IMG/VR virus record: IMGVR_UViG_3300020045_002401
Location: 1-64,000 of that record
Direction: 5' to 3' (one strand)
DNA from: a virus
Taxonomy: Duplodnaviria; Caudoviricetes
DNA: 64,000 nt
Position numbers and translations under genes: made by a program. The notes under the pieces are model-generated. The model searched no databases. It was not told the origin of the DNA and saw nothing but the letters and a program-made list of their open reading frames with translations. Below, one piece after another: positions 63,801 through 64,000 of the stretch. Position 1 is the first letter of the stretch. Each line of letters begins with the position of its first letter.

Positions 63801-64000
63801 TAATTGTAGAATATGGTCAACAAGCTGTAACTGATATGCAAAATAAAATAGCTTCTGGTGCTCCTCTTGTTAGAGGTATTGAAGCTGATTTATTATATGG
63901 TGTATATAATCTTGATGAATTTATTACCAATGCTCTTACTAATCCTGCTTTTCAACAATACTTAAATAGTAAAGATATTAAACTTGCTGATAAAAGTTTA
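51827..64000 (+). CDS. Giant virion RNA polymerase polyprotein (partial, runs off the window), with HExxH zincin domain
   Basis: ATG at 51827; in-frame GYRIPTSG...VVGFLP...QMGSDFDVDK (Asp triad starting at 60605) and AHEAIHG (63701-63721); still open at 64000; at least 4058 codons. Absent from the ORF track, consistent with no in-frame stop inside the window. Confidence 0.88.
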   Translation, partial: MALNNDTNQGDNLESNLIEDSTGIVGAKDLSDIKPIEEVKNKELEAKIKAQVADFTPAKIEPSVKILPPEYSGGKSVSSPTTQEVVDKYGKIPDNEKRIITSSSDTAPELSQPSFLDTIVKVGQGDTSISRPIDQSINYDEYKDYLSKNHSYFDTETGLDKLRAQNQSEGMQVLNAGLRVLANVIPEGIKQTANAFDLEHLNAAEDGIGNIVADTMTEWQDSVKDTLPIYRENPGKALDFTDPAYLAETLESLVTSIGGFVLAGYATGGAASTVGKAIGGTVELASTINLGKKVTDGIKSSTSFQNALASAKAANIGSKAESLAVNFLLNQAEGRGIGAQVYADVYQREYNTALATGKSLEEAKEIGKDKAGKAGVAAINFNRVTMLLNVTSSDLFLQSPKNVGKLIEKGGVKQLLKEGGQEAGEEYINDLAQMYGEGLDTDKPLTFKNSIAHLATAEGIESPILGFIGGAGQTALTKAGKYIQSSSNESYMRHFNQYIMEHPIDGANKDSIIASATNYAQQQADKDKPLGFVNRGNASADRTSTAQQLESLYVAQQSNLEDYKKATLADSMNDVVNATISSSFSVDLMNQIKNDPTMLQEQKDNLLERSLLSHQAYIALQVGTENQLKDLYRTYANMDEDTAKQRGMFNGESKDDINYYKNKAERAIKSIENFEKNYTSSKQYVNSGEVYDRLNNNYFNVRDVEELSKKHNELLSNINEFSRDLYEQEGNEEALEDVANRSAEGKAIVHPSLWESKMEEDFKDIQKALKVAKDSRVKNAIQLNTIMSTKYNQELSETINLYRIKQQGERVKKNKVAGISNTFGKVFSKSKEVENRANTVKEPKTTKSNESSTTGKAQTTKAKPTSVPNSTQVAPTAQNNYTPPLVSNTTTQNNSVNDVNNNPDLFSFSYSVPGASDVMKSFIASDNKKIHVILKSQYSLQAKIDKLNEILSDKINYEIKETPLIAPDGEAVTQKSIDVIQAKIKELHNYKEDFSPDVIDEQQAYESDIVDFGLDLEEYQLNVANRATEDGDITTSTFDVLTSKFNIYSAILDQMAKRGIDTTSLDDVMTEFKTILGTKLLKAEFNSLQGLFNFANNTTENSTYADLFNSDKDNNNDLDNFNKLAKVNIQTGEFTYDLDKESRMAMQTTKQGIIINNPDTEVKGLAYPIYNEIGRDKIAYLAQNYSKVITKQTNEDGQEYYEVDKVTVENTINSALDPTVLEEDYFKEGDSITFIPLDSFTDEEGNVVLAKDLPVGERPIGVIKDGELVKGLYLHTTSWITAENITNTPANIEADRQSLFNLRERIINGEQVTTIINDVTTGAPISSANGEMNTFANEFPEHPVGVVRNGQLELANGRIESYPEFLHFDEGDVVSIVNGYYYYGSRTRLFSPMRVAILSSLTAFATATHTQGSEFLLNKTGKDLLKPKGVESYLRDFIYTAPIAIDNVYPTNLEEFRNALQTIGEDRVIVNFIGNSFYIGRGGALDVFTLSAGQYKGNAEALEYVLSQIEALLQDAYANVSLQSLTSNNPLHIISEQGVSKTFDTYEDYVKQVSVSPYVSITLPSGNKITTIQKRVSFDIPDIEQNSDKVASTVTKKGTPKKPKTKKEIITTESGKQQVIEFTSLDTDSNEINFDDVTEDFSPLVINTSDMSPDVQDEALESPSYINGISLELQEAVVHDLVQEYYNLLLQNRGIDVPIVPLEQFFDSKVAFFNDVVAKAEAINHPNYNKLALQVQTITNNKAQFLNITRQQLTSELKVKITDTALVLEPVDVDINTTLENVDAPDGVELEDVQEDSRIYSMNEFAIDPKTQLSYEIKALLYGVIDAKLAYKEGVPNIVPRKLGLQIPLYVNPNAVYQDLMMLFSKSSINDGMDTSNFSSNPDSALLPKIQIAIEILKSQYTTKPYYANVVKKLEVLDTKTQIQFITTFNKNNTDHLKVIEYVDKSGEGKALRLIRNNNQNAHDQLISSWSETVKAIGGYIPGVNNIELDDKLYQAFTNAYNQMAGNVALHTYDNFKVLFALVGINLSVDAFEKLRDGTYVNGRIKSITQQFEHTDGWLKRMKDRLVFIKTNNLDANTLHNNDVFKELADFILKFEKSVFNTSYKNGNGDTIYGVTNNRYFMERLTGLKNNAKLLKQLANNAFSSKSSWLSELLNSNNGTVNKGKFHSTFSYNTLDSYTTRANNKTKMVDSMNRKELIQLSLSLFYNGGESLYNKTTPIHTFIIPALSDKSNMFTVKAPGRFYNMVNNKLSEQDLTYLRTQLFEGEFHRIVQSTVKGNIGTKGYDQGSRKFLMFPEFNNIDGLFIDGNINTEALGDSELIERINDKINDYISNIIFKTYQDWSNLGLLRQGKENVYSDKMSFIDTAYATVSKSNPNNSLQEASSVVLNYTVNYLVANANMQQLIFNDPAFYYKKGKRNSETGADITTDIAETWDNVTKRYAAVNGGKDDFGFPAGSKFSVLSINDTKVTSNTLEYLSSLWAGHALEKEVIDTYSNMEPGDAQEYTSLEEHLDRMVYSSMIAEDKAKRILTTYNKTGKVSKKDLGALLINFKPLYFNTFMGTKGVMETVYIKTSSFPLIKELTKGTQLDELREYLDNPKNKVKVAVFASGIKAGNPAESLDLFDSKGNMISGALKGKLDNFILKDLPREGHGNQQSNPDKSKSTVINDGTQQAKLIFTNILDVQGFKNPFGEGEIGGRDLATIYLNKYEERFKINFDKLMKELGVKNGIITNIAKLKKILVDEATTRGWTFNEASSFELDTLGLNFEIPLWMSVSSSKIENLLSAIVDNRIRKRKRFGRSYILASEAGIRTFDKAIDNDNSGITFTSDFTGELRNSFNKDGEMTSAEILVPFRFYDNEGNLLSIKDFMIDNQLDLTKLPANLLEGFGYRIPTSGINLMSNIKVVGFLPESYGDTIIAPADFTKQMGSDFDVDKFYSSLYATYYNKETKSLEKLTRTHNDNRNQIIDNVFKLRNDLKRLTNYKGAKKDLLIEETKAKIKLEEAKPWYKLKNLDILVIDNELTDIQRAVLNNPSNVIQRARTKPLMFGRLEEMVTKFHDATTDLYYTFLDRSIQDKNYLNGQLGKTAVGNFSLDMILNSLGQYVTTPLFFQNVYTDKDGRKKVVEAKIKAFGFSNNNINDPFLNDGSGRYKSDVLEGLMAAALDNGKEQILGKLGISDNTFDFIRAMVATGYNEEVIMGILAQPIIKMYLSPTTGFNTIMKMKGALSKIKGADRNLADFSLASLSEDLEKFNELYSNLKEVDKLVATSFKENTIPDTALALQFYSLGLFISMEKRGRALSQIRSALNVDSAGVGKNTIYSAGKLEQADAAKNNLTINNPTAYFVNTKYNSDTQEYEKISSSIGNSALFYGANTNYQLWNRYFPFDNEVVNRVIKTIADRTGKDIFRLNSYSDYATLILKDFKSYLSAKTVPTITPAFMKGMQTNEIYKYIVHSTPTHQSLGEFILELRNLKDEQGNVKYINRFLNDLNIKPVDKTTTSENNPAIVDINYATINRVDNSENKVVNAMIDMLNKPVSLGLWNGNIIDSRQLMNLLTTYQLISKGIPAPNKFIEFIPNNDLKRMGYYHQMDNTYSDFVNDNLNSSTKLTETQFLVQHLQHNMEDYYNVGQERAYTGYFENGQFNNADLAKLPPYIVFKDEKGYHTQYKTKQGFVRLNPLGWGSNTEYNHDIINPTSINHNNNKSMVNVFEFTKASAEVTENVITTFIPTTTLIDSSLGTAVEILIPFENENGETMNGSYKAYPLIMTANGSSDSFYLVKNGATYNTIYHPITGVVIPINGLSAFTSKQERDSKIMVALSVVPANVIEALGLSEQLESFNIESIESNIETFMTPSRDKQKDVFPSDINDTTRNFADELGLSDTSLNLEDKYSLIFDRIRNTVGESTPLGYFLAKAKEIVPALGNTPIVMDTTLKAKGVYKSNGASSYIVINPNKFTTIEEMANVIAHEAIHGLFKKQIQVKNPITKQLEKLRKEVEDLLIVEYGQQAVTDMQNKIASGAPLVRGIEADLLYGVYNLDEFITNALTNPAFQQYLNSKDIKLADKSL

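Noticed and set aside
1-64000. Stop-codon reassignment (TAG or TGA), known in some crAss-like phages
   Set aside because: All core genes, including the >4000-codon RNAP frame, are open in the standard code; TAG-ended genes (e.g. 4405, 9041, 23095, 34390) end at normal lengths with the next gene or a terminator right behind
1-64000. tRNA genes, CRISPR array, DGR/reverse transcriptase, integrase or transposase
   Set aside because: No cloverleaf with T-loop context, no regularly spaced direct repeats and no matching protein motifs seen; the GTTCGA hits at about 46431 and 47234 lie inside CDSs next to the dispersed motif

Overview
AT-rich fragment of a crAss-like (Crassvirales-type) phage of a Bacteroidota host, probably a Flavobacteriaceae-like host (inference), read in the standard genetic code. 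It has two divergent arms. The leftward arm (about 135-19500, minus strand) carries replication and recombination genes (SSB-like protein, RecT-like annealase, DnaB, SF2 helicase, family A DNA polymerase, RecD/Dda-like helicase, GroES) followed by many small accessory ORFs and non-coding gaps. The rightward arm (about 20490 to the window end) carries an HU/IHF-like gene, a PD-(D/E)xK nuclease, TerL, portal, major capsid protein, ring and tail proteins, an SGNH-esterase tail appendage, a holin/GH19 endolysin/u-spanin cassette and ejection proteins. It ends in a >4058-codon virion RNA polymerase ORF (GSDFDVDK motif, downstream HExxH zincin) that runs off the window and is absent from the supplied ORF track. 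The gene content is broadly typical of the group; the least explained signals are at the DNA level. (1) A 23-bp bipartite motif, CG-N14-TAYGGGC, occurs 12 times with exact spacing and 5 more times with near spacing, on both strands, mostly inside genes and often as inverted pairs. (2) Short islands of helically phased A-tracts with atypical composition occur about 7-8 kb (or about twice that) apart, several next to host-type promoters. (3) A roughly 500-nt ORF-free, multi-stem region is a candidate structured ncRNA. All calls are by eye from sequence motifs and gene order; no database searches or folding computations were run.
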